From an uncultured SAR86 cluster bacterium (GTDB lineage: Bacteria > Pseudomonadota > Gammaproteobacteria > Magnimaribacterales > Magnimaribacteraceae): a DNA stretch of 64,000 nucleotides. Position numbers and translations under genes: made by a program. Below are positions 37,930 to 48,299 of this stretch, piece by piece. Each line of letters starts with the position of its first letter. Position 1 is the first letter of the stretch. A model generated the notes under the pieces. That model searched no databases. It saw nothing but the letters and a program-made list of their open reading frames with translations, and was not told the DNA's origin. Where the stretch lies: contig CALJGK010000031.1 in NCBI GenBank assembly GCA_938075195.1, positions 10,440-74,439 of the forward strand, written 5' to 3'.

Positions 37930-38670
37930 ATGCATAATATTTTCATATCAGGCATTACCGGAAGGGTCGGCAGACTGCTCGTCTTAGAAATTTTAGATAA
38001 TGATTTCTTTCATCTTATTGGTGGGAGTTGCAATTTAAACAACGAGTTTCTCGGTAAGGATATAGGAGATCTCATCAATCAAAAAAAAATTGATATACAG
38101 ATTTCTAATGGCACTCCTCCAGAAAAGGAAATAGATATTATTATAGATTTTTCATCTCCCGAATCATCCTTATCAGTTTTGGAAGATGCACGGAGCAGAA
38201 AAATACCTATTTTAATTGGTACAACAGGCTTTAATGAATCTCAATTACAGCATATAGATAAAATTAGTACAGAAGTCCCAGTCTTACTGGCTCCCAATAC
38301 TAGCTCTGGCATTGCTGTACTTAAAACAATTATCACTAATTCAAGAGCTTTATTTTTAGAGGATAGCATTATAGAGATAGAAGAGACTCACCACGAAGAA
38401 AAAAAAGATTCACCGTCTGGAACGGCTCTAGACTTGAAAGAAACAATCTCAAGTCATTTTCCTAATTCTGATATTACGGTTGAAAGCTTTAGAGAAGGCA
38501 CTAATCCTGGCGAGCATACGGTCAGAGTGAAACTAGCCAATGAGTCTATTGAATTAACTCACAAGGCGGAAGATAGATCAATTTTTGCTTCTGGAGCCTT
38601 AATAGGTGCCAGATGGCTATTATCAAAACCTAAAGGTTTATATAGGATGCATGACATTTATTCTTCTTGA
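37930..38670 (+). CDS. dapB: 4-hydroxy-tetrahydrodipicolinate reductase
   Basis: GITGRVG, IDFS, IGTTG, ETHHEEKKDSPSGTA, GEHTV; follows dnaJ. Confidence 0.92.
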   Translation: MHNIFISGITGRVGRLLVLEILDNDFFHLIGGSCNLNNEFLGKDIGDLINQKKIDIQISNGTPPEKEIDIIIDFSSPESSLSVLEDARSRKIPILIGTTGFNESQLQHIDKISTEVPVLLAPNTSSGIAVLKTIITNSRALFLEDSIIEIEETHHEEKKDSPSGTALDLKETISSHFPNSDITVESFREGTNPGEHTVRVKLANESIELTHKAEDRSIFASGALIGARWLLSKPKGLYRMHDIYSS

Positions 38671-38698
38671 AAAGAAGGAAATATGTTTTAATCCTCAC

Positions 38699-38805
38699 CT
38701 GAGACATTTGTCTCAAAAAGAAACACGCGAAATTGTTTCAGATCTAGGGTGCTAAAGATCGCTCATCATTTAGTAAGTTCTGTAAATTCGTGGAAGTATA
38801 ACCAG
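38699..38805 (+). ncRNA. rpsB leader (t44-like S2 autoregulatory 5' UTR); boundaries approximate
   Basis: ACACGCGAAATT...AGGGTGC...AATTCGTGGAAGTATAACC resembles the gammaproteobacterial rpsB leader; extended -10 TGtTTTAAT at 38684-38692. Confidence 0.6.
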
Positions 38806-38841
38806 AAAAATGTAATGTTTTTCGTAAAATAAGGAGAGCAA

Positions 38842-39789
38842 ATGGCTGAGATATCGCTAGAAAAAATGCTGCAAGCAGGTGTTCACTTCGGACATCAAAC
38901 CAAGTACTGGAACCCAAAAATGGAACAACATATCTTTGGGGTCAGAAACAAAATCCATATTATAAATTTAGAACATACGGTTGAAATGATAAAGCCAGCT
39001 CTCAAGTTTATAGAAGGCTTGGCAGCAAAAAACAACAAAATTCTTTTTGTAGGTACCAAAAGAACAGCTACTAGTATCATCAAAAATGAGGCTTTAAGAT
39101 GTTCTATGCCTTATGTTAATGAGAGATGGTTAGGTGGAATGCTTACAAATTATAAAACAATTCGTTCTTCAATAACTAGATTGGAGACTCTTCTAAGACA
39201 GAAAGAAGATGGAACATTCAGCAAACTCACAAAAAAAGAAGGACTCAAGATTCAAAGAGATATAGATAGATTAGAAAAATCTATAGGTGGTGTCACTGAA
39301 ATGGGAGGACTGCCAGATGCTCTATTTATAATAGATGTCAAAAGAGAATCTATAGCAGTTTCTGAAGCCAGCAAAATGGGTATACCGATTGTTGGGATCG
39401 TAGATTCTAACAGTAATCCAGAAGGCCTAGATTACGTTATTCCTGGAAATGATGACTCCATAAGATCTATAGCTTTATTTACAGAAGCTGTTGCAGACGC
39501 TTGTCTGAAAGGTTCAGAGGCGGCAACCGGTTTAAAGCAAGAAGAACCTCAATCAGGTCCTGCTATTGTAAGAAAAGTTGAGATTAGTGAACAGGCTCCT
39601 GAAGGAAAACAAACTATTACTTCGGATGATGCTCCTACGGAAGAGCAATTAGAATCTGCTGAACCTCAAGCTGAGATAGCTCAAGAAGTTACCGGTACAG
39701 CTGCTGAAGAAGAACAAGTCGTTGCAGAGAATGAATCTGCAGCCGTAAGCTCCAGCGATGTTAAAGAGGAAGAAAAAAACGAGGATTAA
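38842..39789 (+). CDS. rpsB: 30S ribosomal protein S2 with long acidic C-terminal tail
   Basis: [24 protein letters not shown]. Confidence 0.99.
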   Translation: MAEISLEKMLQAGVHFGHQTKYWNPKMEQHIFGVRNKIHIINLEHTVEMIKPALKFIEGLAAKNNKILFVGTKRTATSIIKNEALRCSMPYVNERWLGGMLTNYKTIRSSITRLETLLRQKEDGTFSKLTKKEGLKIQRDIDRLEKSIGGVTEMGGLPDALFIIDVKRESIAVSEASKMGIPIVGIVDSNSNPEGLDYVIPGNDDSIRSIALFTEAVADACLKGSEAATGLKQEEPQSGPAIVRKVEISEQAPEGKQTITSDDAPTEEQLESAEPQAEIAQEVTGTAAEEEQVVAENESAAVSSSDVKEEEKNED

Positions 39790-39791
39790 TT

Positions 39792-40646
39792 ATGAGTATT
39801 TCAGCTTCACAAGTTAAAGAATTAAGGGAAAAAACTGGCTTAGGTCTTATGGATTGTAAAAAGGCACTAGAAGGGACTGATGGTGATATTGATCTTGCTA
39901 TCGAAGAGCTGAGGAAAACAAGCGGTCTTAAGGCCAGTAAGAAATCGGGAAGATCAGCTGCGGATGGTTTGATAGCTATAAAAGGCAGTGATGGAAATTT
40001 TTTCATGCTTGAAGTGAATAGTGAAACTGACTTCGTTGCGAGAGATGATTCTTTCGTGTCATTTACATCTGAAACCTTAGAGACTTATGTAAATAATTCT
40101 GACAAGTCTTTAGATCAGCTGCTAGCAGACGGCGTAGAAGATAATAGAGAAAAGTTAGTTCAGAAACTGGGAGAAAACATAGTTGTTAGAAGACTAGCAA
40201 AGACTGAAGAATCCTCTACAACAGGTTCTTATTTACACAGTAATAGTAAAATAGGCTGCATCGTTTCTTTGCAAGGCGGTGATCAATCTCTTGCTAATGA
40301 TATAGCCATGCATGCCGCAGCAACTGATCCTATGGCCGTATCTCCTGCAGAAATACCAGAAGATGTTATAGAAAAAGAAAGAGAGATATTCAAGGCTCAA
40401 TCAGAAGATTCAGGAAAACCTCCAGAAATAGTTGAAAAAATGATAACCGGTAAAATTTCTAAATTCTTAGCTGAAGTCAGTCTTACAGAACAAGACTTTG
40501 TTAAAGACCCTAATAAAAAAATAAGTCAGCTTTTAAGTGAGAGTAATGCTACTATTTTAAGCTTCGTAAGATATGAAGTAGGTGAAGGAATAGAAGTAGA
40601 AAAGGTAGACTTTGCAACTGAAGTAATGTCTCAAATAGAGAGTTAA
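39792..40646 (+). CDS. tsf: Elongation factor Ts
   Basis: VKELREKTG..MDCKKAL, EVNSETDFVA, RYEVGEGIE. Confidence 0.99.
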   Translation: MSISASQVKELREKTGLGLMDCKKALEGTDGDIDLAIEELRKTSGLKASKKSGRSAADGLIAIKGSDGNFFMLEVNSETDFVARDDSFVSFTSETLETYVNNSDKSLDQLLADGVEDNREKLVQKLGENIVVRRLAKTEESSTTGSYLHSNSKIGCIVSLQGGDQSLANDIAMHAAATDPMAVSPAEIPEDVIEKEREIFKAQSEDSGKPPEIVEKMITGKISKFLAEVSLTEQDFVKDPNKKISQLLSESNATILSFVRYEVGEGIEVEKVDFATEVMSQIES

Positions 40647-41204
40647 ATGTTAAATGAGATTGTTGAAGATGCTAAGTCTGGGATGGAAAAGAGTTTAGTT
40701 GCTTTAGAAATTGCTTTTAAGAAGATTAGGACAGGCAGGGCAACTCCTTCTTTGCTGGATAGCATTAAATTGGACTATTACGATAAACCAACACCTTTAT
40801 CTCAAGTTGCCAGTATTTCTATTGAGGACGCTAAAACCTTAGCGATCGTGCCTTGGGAAAAAGGGATTGTGCAACAAATAGAGAAATCTATTATGGAATC
40901 AGATTTGGGCTTAAATCCTGCCACGTCAGGAGACACTATTAGAGTTATTCTGCCAGATCTTACCGAAGAAACCAGAAAAGACTTCATCAAAAAAGCTAAA
41001 GCTGAAGCTGAGAATGCTAAAGTTTCTATTCGCAATGTAAGAAGAGAAGGAAACACTCAGTTAAAAGAATTTCTTAAAGAAAAAGAAATATCTCAGGACG
41101 AAGAGCGCCAAGGAGAGGAGCTAATTCAAAAACTTACAGATTTATTTGTTGAGAAAATAGATTCTACGTTTGAAGCGAAAGAAAAAGATCTACTAGATTT
41201 TTAA
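40647..41204 (+). CDS. frr: Ribosome recycling factor
   Basis: IRTGRA, LGLNP, LTEETRK, IRNVRR. Confidence 0.98.
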   Translation: MLNEIVEDAKSGMEKSLVALEIAFKKIRTGRATPSLLDSIKLDYYDKPTPLSQVASISIEDAKTLAIVPWEKGIVQQIEKSIMESDLGLNPATSGDTIRVILPDLTEETRKDFIKKAKAEAENAKVSIRNVRREGNTQLKEFLKEKEISQDEERQGEELIQKLTDLFVEKIDSTFEAKEKDLLDF

Positions 41205-41213
41205 AATTTAGAA

Positions 41214-41939
41214 ATGGAAGGTCATCACACTGAAACCTTGCCTAAACATGTGGCAATTATTATGGATGGCAATAATAGATGGGCAACCGAAAATGGCTTA
41301 CCTGGTGTAGATGGCCACAAGAAAGGAGTAGAGAGAGCTAGAGAGGCTGTTGAGTATGCAGTTAAAAGAGGATTGTCTACCTTAACCTTATTTGCATTTA
41401 GCAGTGAAAATTGGGGGAGATCCTCCGAAGAAGTGAATCTCCTTATGAAACTTTTACATTCTGCTCTTCAAGAAGAAGTTCCTAACCTTATAAAGAATTC
41501 TGTTCAATTAAGCTTCATAGGAGATTTATCACAATTTGATCAAGATTTAATTGTACAAATGAAAAAATCTGAACAATTGACTTCTTGTAAAGGAAGAGAC
41601 AAAAATCTTGATTTAGTTGTAGCAGCTAGCTACGGCGGACGATGGGATATCGTTAATGCTATTAATGAAATCAAAAATCAAGGAACAGATATTTTGGTTA
41701 CTGAAGAAACTTTTAACTCTTTTTTATCAACTTCAGCTTTTGAGGATCCTGACCTGTGCATCAGGACAGGCAATGAGACCCGAGTAAGTAATTTTCTTTT
41801 ATGGCAAATGGCTTATTCGGAATTATATTTTCCAGATATCCTTTGGCCAGACTTTGATGATGATAAGTTTGAATCTGCGCTCATGGAATATGCAAAAAGG
41901 TCAAGACGCTTCGGCGATAAATCTAATTTCCAACTATAG
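41214..41939 (+). CDS. uppS: Undecaprenyl diphosphate synthase
   Basis: HVAIIMDGNNRW, FSSENW, RVSNFLLWQMAYSE. Confidence 0.98.
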   Translation: MEGHHTETLPKHVAIIMDGNNRWATENGLPGVDGHKKGVERAREAVEYAVKRGLSTLTLFAFSSENWGRSSEEVNLLMKLLHSALQEEVPNLIKNSVQLSFIGDLSQFDQDLIVQMKKSEQLTSCKGRDKNLDLVVAASYGGRWDIVNAINEIKNQGTDILVTEETFNSFLSTSAFEDPDLCIRTGNETRVSNFLLWQMAYSELYFPDILWPDFDDDKFESALMEYAKRSRRFGDKSNFQL

Positions 41940-41941
41940 CA

Positions 41942-42760
41942 ATGTTGAGACAGAGAATTATCAGTGCATTATTTTTAGTTTTTTTTATAGCCTCAATAGT
42001 ACTTTTCTTTCCAAGTAATTTTTTAGTTTACTTTCTTGCCATAGTTTCTGGTCTGTCATTCTGGGAATTTTTGAAAATAAGGTTTTCAAACCTGATTACA
42101 TTTGCAAGTTTATTAATATTTTTCTGCCTAATATTCGTTGCTCATTTTCCTTTTTTTAATAATTTATTCATTACTTTAAGCGTATTGATCTATGCAATTG
42201 CCTGTATATTTATACTTAGCTTCCCATTAAATAAAACTTTTCTTAAAAATAGCCTGACTTGGCTGTTCATTGGGTTTTCCATTCACTTAGGATTTTTTGC
42301 TTCTGTATTCCAGATCATATCTACCGATCCACTATCTTCCTTAGCTTTAAACTTCAGTAACGACAGATTATTTCTTTTGTATGTTGTGCTTATAAGTGTA
42401 TTGATGGATTCGATAGCCTTTTTTGTAGGAAAGAATTTTGGTAAAAGGCCTTTCATTAATAATGTAAGCCCTAATAAAACCATGGAAGGCTTCCTTTCAG
42501 CTGTCACTATAGCTCCAATATTTCTTCTCCTGACTTCTTCTCAAGCATTTGAACTACCCATTATTTTGGTTTTTATTGTTTTAACTTTAGTAAGCATATT
42601 TTCTGTTATTGGTGATGCCGTCGCCAGCCTAATGAAGCGTGTTGTAGAAGTTAAGGATTATTCTAATCTCATCCCTGGACACGGAGGTTTATTTGATCGT
42701 TTAGATAGCCATATAGCTGCATTTCCATGCTTCATCTTCCTTTTAAATATCCTCTCATGA
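41942..42760 (+). CDS. cdsA: Phosphatidate cytidylyltransferase
   Basis: SPNKTMEG, KDYSNLIPGHGGLFDRLDS. Confidence 0.96.
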   Translation: MLRQRIISALFLVFFIASIVLFFPSNFLVYFLAIVSGLSFWEFLKIRFSNLITFASLLIFFCLIFVAHFPFFNNLFITLSVLIYAIACIFILSFPLNKTFLKNSLTWLFIGFSIHLGFFASVFQIISTDPLSSLALNFSNDRLFLLYVVLISVLMDSIAFFVGKNFGKRPFINNVSPNKTMEGFLSAVTIAPIFLLLTSSQAFELPIILVFIVLTLVSIFSVIGDAVASLMKRVVEVKDYSNLIPGHGGLFDRLDSHIAAFPCFIFLLNILS

Positions 42761-43917
42761 TTAAAAATTTAGCTGTCTTGGGCTCTACTGGATCAGTAGG
42801 GCAATCTACTTTAGAAGTTGTAAGACAAAATAAAGATAAATTTAAAATAGAGCTTTTACTGGCTAATTCAAATTTTCAATTGATGATTGATCAATATCAT
42901 GAATTTAATCCCAAGTTCATTTATCTTCATGATGAAGAGGCTAAAAATTCTTTTTTATCACAAGTTGGTAACTTAAATCCTGCAACAACCCTGCTTTCTG
43001 GACAAAAAGAAATACAAGAGGCTTTGAAATCTGACAACGTGGATATGGTAGTTGCTGCTATGGTAGGTGTGGCTGGATTGGTACCAGTTTATCATGCAGT
43101 CAAAAGTGGAAAGCATGTTTTACTAGCAAACAAAGAATCTTATGTGGTGGCTGGGGAGCTTCTAAACAATCTATCAAAAGAAAATCAATCTACTATCTTT
43201 CCAATTGATAGCGAACATAGCGCTATCCATCAGTGCTTACAGGGTGTGAGTAATAAAGACTCAGTTTCACGACTTATTCTAACTGGATCAGGTGGCCCTT
43301 TTTTAAATAAAGACGTCAACGATTTCTCGTCAATTACTCCGGCAGAGGCAATAGCTCACCCGGTATGGAGCATGGGAGATAAGATATCAGTTGATTCTTC
43401 AACAATGATGAATAAATGCCTAGAGATTATAGAAGCTAGATGGCTTTTTGATAATGAGAATATTGATGTCCTTATACATCCTGAAGGGATCATACATTCC
43501 TTGGTTGAATTTACAGATAATTCTATAATAGCTCAACTCTCCACTCCGGATATGAAGATTCCAATAGCCTATGGATTGGGATTTCCTGAAAAAATAAATT
43601 CAGGTTCGAAGAAAGTTAACTTCGAAGAGTTAAATAATCTCTCATTTAGGAAACCTGACGTGAATAAATTTCCATCTCTAGAACTAGCAAAAGATTGCCT
43701 CAAAGTAGGCGGCACAAGTTCCACCATATTAAATGCAGTGAATGAAGTCTGTGTAGATGCATTTCTTAAAGGCAGAATAAGTTATTTGGATATATATAAA
43801 ATTATTTCAAATATCTTGGATAAATCTGATATTACTGAGGTCAAAGACCTTGATGATATTTATGAAGCAGATACTAAATCAAGAAGAGCAGCGCTAGACA
43901 TTATTAAAATGAATTAA
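42757..43917 (+). CDS. dxr: 1-deoxy-D-xylulose-5-phosphate reductoisomerase (start revised to ATG 42757)
   Basis: LGSTGSVG, LANKES, PIDSEHSAI, WSMG.KIS.DS. Confidence 0.97.
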   Translation: MIKNLAVLGSTGSVGQSTLEVVRQNKDKFKIELLLANSNFQLMIDQYHEFNPKFIYLHDEEAKNSFLSQVGNLNPATTLLSGQKEIQEALKSDNVDMVVAAMVGVAGLVPVYHAVKSGKHVLLANKESYVVAGELLNNLSKENQSTIFPIDSEHSAIHQCLQGVSNKDSVSRLILTGSGGPFLNKDVNDFSSITPAEAIAHPVWSMGDKISVDSSTMMNKCLEIIEARWLFDNENIDVLIHPEGIIHSLVEFTDNSIIAQLSTPDMKIPIAYGLGFPEKINSGSKKVNFEELNNLSFRKPDVNKFPSLELAKDCLKVGGTSSTILNAVNEVCVDAFLKGRISYLDIYKIISNILDKSDITEVKDLDDIYEADTKSRRAALDIIKMN

Positions 43918-45279
43918 ATGGATATACTTTTTACTATATTTTCTTTTATTTTGCTTATTAGCATCATAGTAGGCATACATGAATTGGGTCATTTTTTAAC
44001 TGCAAGATACTTTGATATTCACGTCTTAAAGTTCAAGATAGGCTTTGGCAAGGAACTATTTTCATTCAAAGATAAACAGGACTGTAGCTATTCTTTTGGC
44101 ATTTTACCTTTAGGCGGATATGTACAAATGCTTGGAGAAAATAATATACCGCAAGAAAATAAAAATATTCCATCAAAAGATAGAAAATCATATTTAGATG
44201 CATCACCGGGTGAAAGAGCTGCTGTGACTGTAGCAGGACCTCTTGCGAATTTCATCCTTGCCATCTTTGTATATTTTTATCTCGCCTTTGTTGGAACAAT
44301 TCAGCTCTCAACATATGTCGGTGAAATTATTCCATTAAGTCCAGCTCAAAAATCTGGCATTGCAGTGGAAGATAAAATAATTGAAATAGATCAACAGAGG
44401 GTCAATGCCTTCAACGATATTAATTTAATCCTTTCAAGTAGAATTGGTGACACAGGCTCCATAGATATTAAATATATAAGTAAGGGGTCAGAAGTTCTTA
44501 CATCAATACCTATAAAAGAATGGCTATCTGGAAATGATCAGGCTTCACCCTATCTCGCATTAGGATTACAGCCCTTTTTACCTGCCTTGGTAGGCCAGTT
44601 ACAAGATGATGGCCCTGCCGCAAAATTTGGAATAAAAGAAGGAGATTTAATCAAATCAATAAATGGTCAAACCATAAATACCTGGCAAGATCTTTCTAGA
44701 ATTTTAAGTCAGCTTCCTAATCAACTAATTGAACTTGAGATAGATAGAGACGGAACACCACAAAAGCTCATGTTAGAAACTTCAAGTTACATCGATCAAA
44801 AAGGCGTAACTAATGGAAGAATAGGTATTCTTGCATCAAATGATTTAAGTAAGTGGCCTTCGGAATACACTGTCGAAAAAAAGGAAAATTTAATTTCTGC
44901 TTTTTTTGTTGGTATTACTGATACTTATAGATACACCTTATTAATCATTTCTTCTATCGGAAAGATGATAAGTGGATCAATTTCTGCAGATAACCTTGGT
45001 GGACCAATACAAATATCAGTATTAGCAGGATCTGCAGCAAAAGCTGGATACGTAACCTTCCTTTCCATGATAGCATTGCTAAGTATAAACCTTGGATTAT
45101 TAAACCTTTTGCCAATTCCAATTTTGGATGGTGGACAGTTATTGATGATAGCAATTGAAAAATTAAAAGGCTCTCCTGTTTCTGAAGCAATACTAGAATA
45201 CTCAACGAGAGTAGGGATAGTATTGATTGTCAGCCTGATGGTGTTTGCTTTTGCAAATGATATTGCGAGGTTTATTTAA
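43918..45279 (+). CDS. rseP: RIP metalloprotease RseP
   Basis: HELGH, two PDZ-like regions, NLLPIPILDGG. Confidence 0.97.
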   Translation: MDILFTIFSFILLISIIVGIHELGHFLTARYFDIHVLKFKIGFGKELFSFKDKQDCSYSFGILPLGGYVQMLGENNIPQENKNIPSKDRKSYLDASPGERAAVTVAGPLANFILAIFVYFYLAFVGTIQLSTYVGEIIPLSPAQKSGIAVEDKIIEIDQQRVNAFNDINLILSSRIGDTGSIDIKYISKGSEVLTSIPIKEWLSGNDQASPYLALGLQPFLPALVGQLQDDGPAAKFGIKEGDLIKSINGQTINTWQDLSRILSQLPNQLIELEIDRDGTPQKLMLETSSYIDQKGVTNGRIGILASNDLSKWPSEYTVEKKENLISAFFVGITDTYRYTLLIISSIGKMISGSISADNLGGPIQISVLAGSAAKAGYVTFLSMIALLSINLGLLNLLPIPILDGGQLLMIAIEKLKGSPVSEAILEYSTRVGIVLIVSLMVFAFANDIARFI

Positions 45280-47690
45280 TGATAAAGAGTCATTTAAAAT
45301 TAATTCTCATAGCAATTTCTCTTGTTTTTATTCAAATTCAAACCATTAGTTCAAACGAAGAATGGGTGGTCAATGATATTAGGATTACGGGATTGCAAAG
45401 AGTTTCGGCAGGTAGTGTTTTCAATGTCATGCCTATAGCAGTTGGCGATACTGTAGACGTTTATGACTTACAAACTACTGCCAAAACTATTTTTAAAACT
45501 GGTCAATTTGATGACATACAGCTAGGCAGGGAAGGCAATACATTAATAATCAGTCTTGTAGAGAGGCCATCAATAGCTTCTATTGAATTAGATGGAAACA
45601 AGGCTCTGAAGACTGAAGATTTATTGAGAGGGCTAGATGATGCAGGCCTATCACAAGGACAGGTATTTAAGAGATCCATTGTTAATAGTCTGGCTTTAGA
45701 AATCCAAAGACAATATGTCTCTCAAGGTCGATATGGTGCAAAAGTTGATGTGACAACAGAAGATGAGCTTAGAAATAGAGTTTCTTTAAATATCGAAATC
45801 GATGAAGGAGAGGTAGCGGAAATAAATAATATCAACATCATAGGAAATCAATCATTTCCAGATGAAGAGCTAGTTAAAGGATTCGAGCTTAAAACAGGAG
45901 GATGGTTATCATTTTTCACAAATGATAATAGATATTCAAGAGAAAAATTAAAGGGAGATATCGAATCTCTAGAATCTTTTTATAAGAACAGGGGCTATGT
46001 AGAATTTAATCTCGAAAGCTCTCAAGTAAGTGTTTCTGCTGATAAATCACAAGTATTTATTACCTTAAATATTTCAGAAGGCACAACCTATGAAGTGGAT
46101 AAGGTAAAAATTGTAGGAGACTTACCTATTGATGAAGAGGTTCTTAAATCTTTAATTTTAATTAAATCAGGCGAAGGTTTTAATCAATACTTAATTACTG
46201 AAACAGAAGAAATATTTAAAAATATTCTAGGCAACGAGGGTTATAGTTTCGCTGAAGTGCGAGGCGTACCAGATGTCAATGAAGAATCAGGTAATGTTGA
46301 TTTAACTTTTTATGTCGATGCTCAGCAAAGAACTTATGTCAGAAGAATTATTTTCAAAGGAAATAAAAGAACTCATGATGTAGTGTTGAGAAGAGAAATG
46401 AGACAAATGGAGGGAGCTTGGGCTTCTAATAATCTCATCGAAAATTCCAAATTAAGATTGGAGAGGCTTGGTTATTTTAAAGAAGTTGAATCAGAAACTA
46501 TACCTGTTCCTGGAGTGAATGATCAGATAGATGTTGAATTCTCAGTTGAAGAAGAGTTTTCAGGGTCTATTGGTGGTAGTTTAGGCTACGGTGCTTACGG
46601 TATGGTTCTAGGCTTGAACTACAATGAAAATAATGCATTTGGAACGGGAAGAGCTATTGGCATAGGAATAAATGATAGTACATGGCAGAGGAGTTATTCA
46701 TTTAGTTACGGAGAGCCTTATTTCAATATTGACGGTGTTAGCAGAGGATATAGTGCATATTTCAGAGAGTCAGACTACGGGCAGTTCAACATAGCAAGTT
46801 ATACCTCGGATTCTTTTGGGGCTGGTATCCAGTTTGGTTTACCCATCAGTGATATTGAAAGGTTTGGTCTGAACTTTAATTATGATAATACAAGTATTGA
46901 TACAGGTTCTACACCGGCTTCCCAAATATTAGCTTTTACGCAATCAGAAGGAACAAATTTTGAGGTTTTCAAAACTCAGTTAATTTGGTCAAAAGTAACT
47001 CTTAATAGAGGACTATTTCCCACTGCTGGACAATCTCAATCTCTTGCTCTACAAGTAGCAATTCCGGGAAGTTCATTAACTTATACGAAAGCAACTTATA
47101 GACATAAATATTTTAAACCAATCTTTGGTGGTAGGTTTGTACTAGGTTTTAGAGGAGAATTAGGTTTACTAGAAGCATATGGTGATACCAAAGTAGCACC
47201 ATTCTTCGAGCATTATTATTCTGGCGGCATTAGTTCAGTGCGTGGTTTCAAGCAAAATACCTTAGGGCCTCGAGCCATCCCTTCTCAATATTATTTAGAT
47301 AGTGAGGGTAATCAAATAGTTGGTGAAGATGGTAACCCAGTCTTGAATCCTTATTCTTACTACAGAGATGATAGATCAATTGGCGGAGCTTATTTGGTAG
47401 AAGGAGGATTTGATTTTATTTTTAAACTACCATTTATTGATGACCAAAGATCTATGCGAAGTTCATTTTTTGTCGATATAGGAAATGTCTTTTCAAAAGA
47501 CTGTGGAACAGATCAATCAAATATTAATTGTAGTGAATTAGATTTTGGTCAATTGAGATACTCTTATGGGGTAGGGGTAACTTGGATTACTCAGTTAGGA
47601 CCTATGTCGCTTGCTTTAGCTGCACCCTCAAACGAAGGTCCACTTGATGAGACAGAAACATTTCAATTTGAAATTGGAACACAATTTTAA
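45279..47690 (+). CDS. bamA: Outer-membrane protein assembly factor BamA
   Basis: Signal peptide, POTRA repeats, VRGF motif, terminal FQFEIGTQF. Confidence 0.98.
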   Translation: MIKSHLKLILIAISLVFIQIQTISSNEEWVVNDIRITGLQRVSAGSVFNVMPIAVGDTVDVYDLQTTAKTIFKTGQFDDIQLGREGNTLIISLVERPSIASIELDGNKALKTEDLLRGLDDAGLSQGQVFKRSIVNSLALEIQRQYVSQGRYGAKVDVTTEDELRNRVSLNIEIDEGEVAEINNINIIGNQSFPDEELVKGFELKTGGWLSFFTNDNRYSREKLKGDIESLESFYKNRGYVEFNLESSQVSVSADKSQVFITLNISEGTTYEVDKVKIVGDLPIDEEVLKSLILIKSGEGFNQYLITETEEIFKNILGNEGYSFAEVRGVPDVNEESGNVDLTFYVDAQQRTYVRRIIFKGNKRTHDVVLRREMRQMEGAWASNNLIENSKLRLERLGYFKEVESETIPVPGVNDQIDVEFSVEEEFSGSIGGSLGYGAYGMVLGLNYNENNAFGTGRAIGIGINDSTWQRSYSFSYGEPYFNIDGVSRGYSAYFRESDYGQFNIASYTSDSFGAGIQFGLPISDIERFGLNFNYDNTSIDTGSTPASQILAFTQSEGTNFEVFKTQLIWSKVTLNRGLFPTAGQSQSLALQVAIPGSSLTYTKATYRHKYFKPIFGGRFVLGFRGELGLLEAYGDTKVAPFFEHYYSGGISSVRGFKQNTLGPRAIPSQYYLDSEGNQIVGEDGNPVLNPYSYYRDDRSIGGAYLVEGGFDFIFKLPFIDDQRSMRSSFFVDIGNVFSKDCGTDQSNINCSELDFGQLRYSYGVGVTWITQLGPMSLALAAPSNEGPLDETETFQFEIGTQF

Positions 47691-47762
47691 ATTCTCTTAA
47701 TGCTACTAAAATAGCTAACAAAACTGTAGAATTCACCGACCGGTTATTTAAAGGGAAAAACT

Positions 47763-48293
47763 ATGAAATTTTTTAAAACTATATTCATCGCACTTACGGC
47801 ATCATTATTTACTTTTACGCTTCCTGCTGCTGACCTAAATATAGCTACACTTGATCCTCAGGCTGCATTATTTAGTACAAATGTTGCGAAAAAAGAGCTC
47901 GAGGAACTTGAAAACTCAGATGAGTGGAAGGAGGTCGTAGAGGAACTGCAAGATAAAGCTACAGAAGCTAGAGAAATCCAAGAGAAAACCCAAAAAGACG
48001 GCCCCACAATGTCTGACGAGGATAAGCAAGAGGCAGCTCAAAAATTTCAATCCCTTCAACAAGACATAAATTTTTTGAGGGAAAAAACTAATCAATTTCG
48101 AAATCAAACCTTACAATTAATTTCTCAAGAACAGGCTGAAAAATTTCAGGTTATTGTTACTGAGCTAATAAGAGCTAAGGGTATCACCTTGTTAATTAAC
48201 AGCGGCGGGCAACAAGGTACGCTTTTACATGCAGATCAAAGCTACGATATAACTCAAGAAGTTATCGATGCGATGAATGAAAAAGACGATTAA
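47763..48293 (+). CDS. skp: Periplasmic chaperone Skp/OmpH
   Basis: Signal peptide, coiled coil, DITQEVI; between bamA and lpxD. Confidence 0.85.
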   Translation: MKFFKTIFIALTASLFTFTLPAADLNIATLDPQAALFSTNVAKKELEELENSDEWKEVVEELQDKATEAREIQEKTQKDGPTMSDEDKQEAAQKFQSLQQDINFLREKTNQFRNQTLQLISQEQAEKFQVIVTELIRAKGITLLINSGGQQGTLLHADQSYDITQEVIDAMNEKDD

Positions 48294-48299
48294 TTTTTC

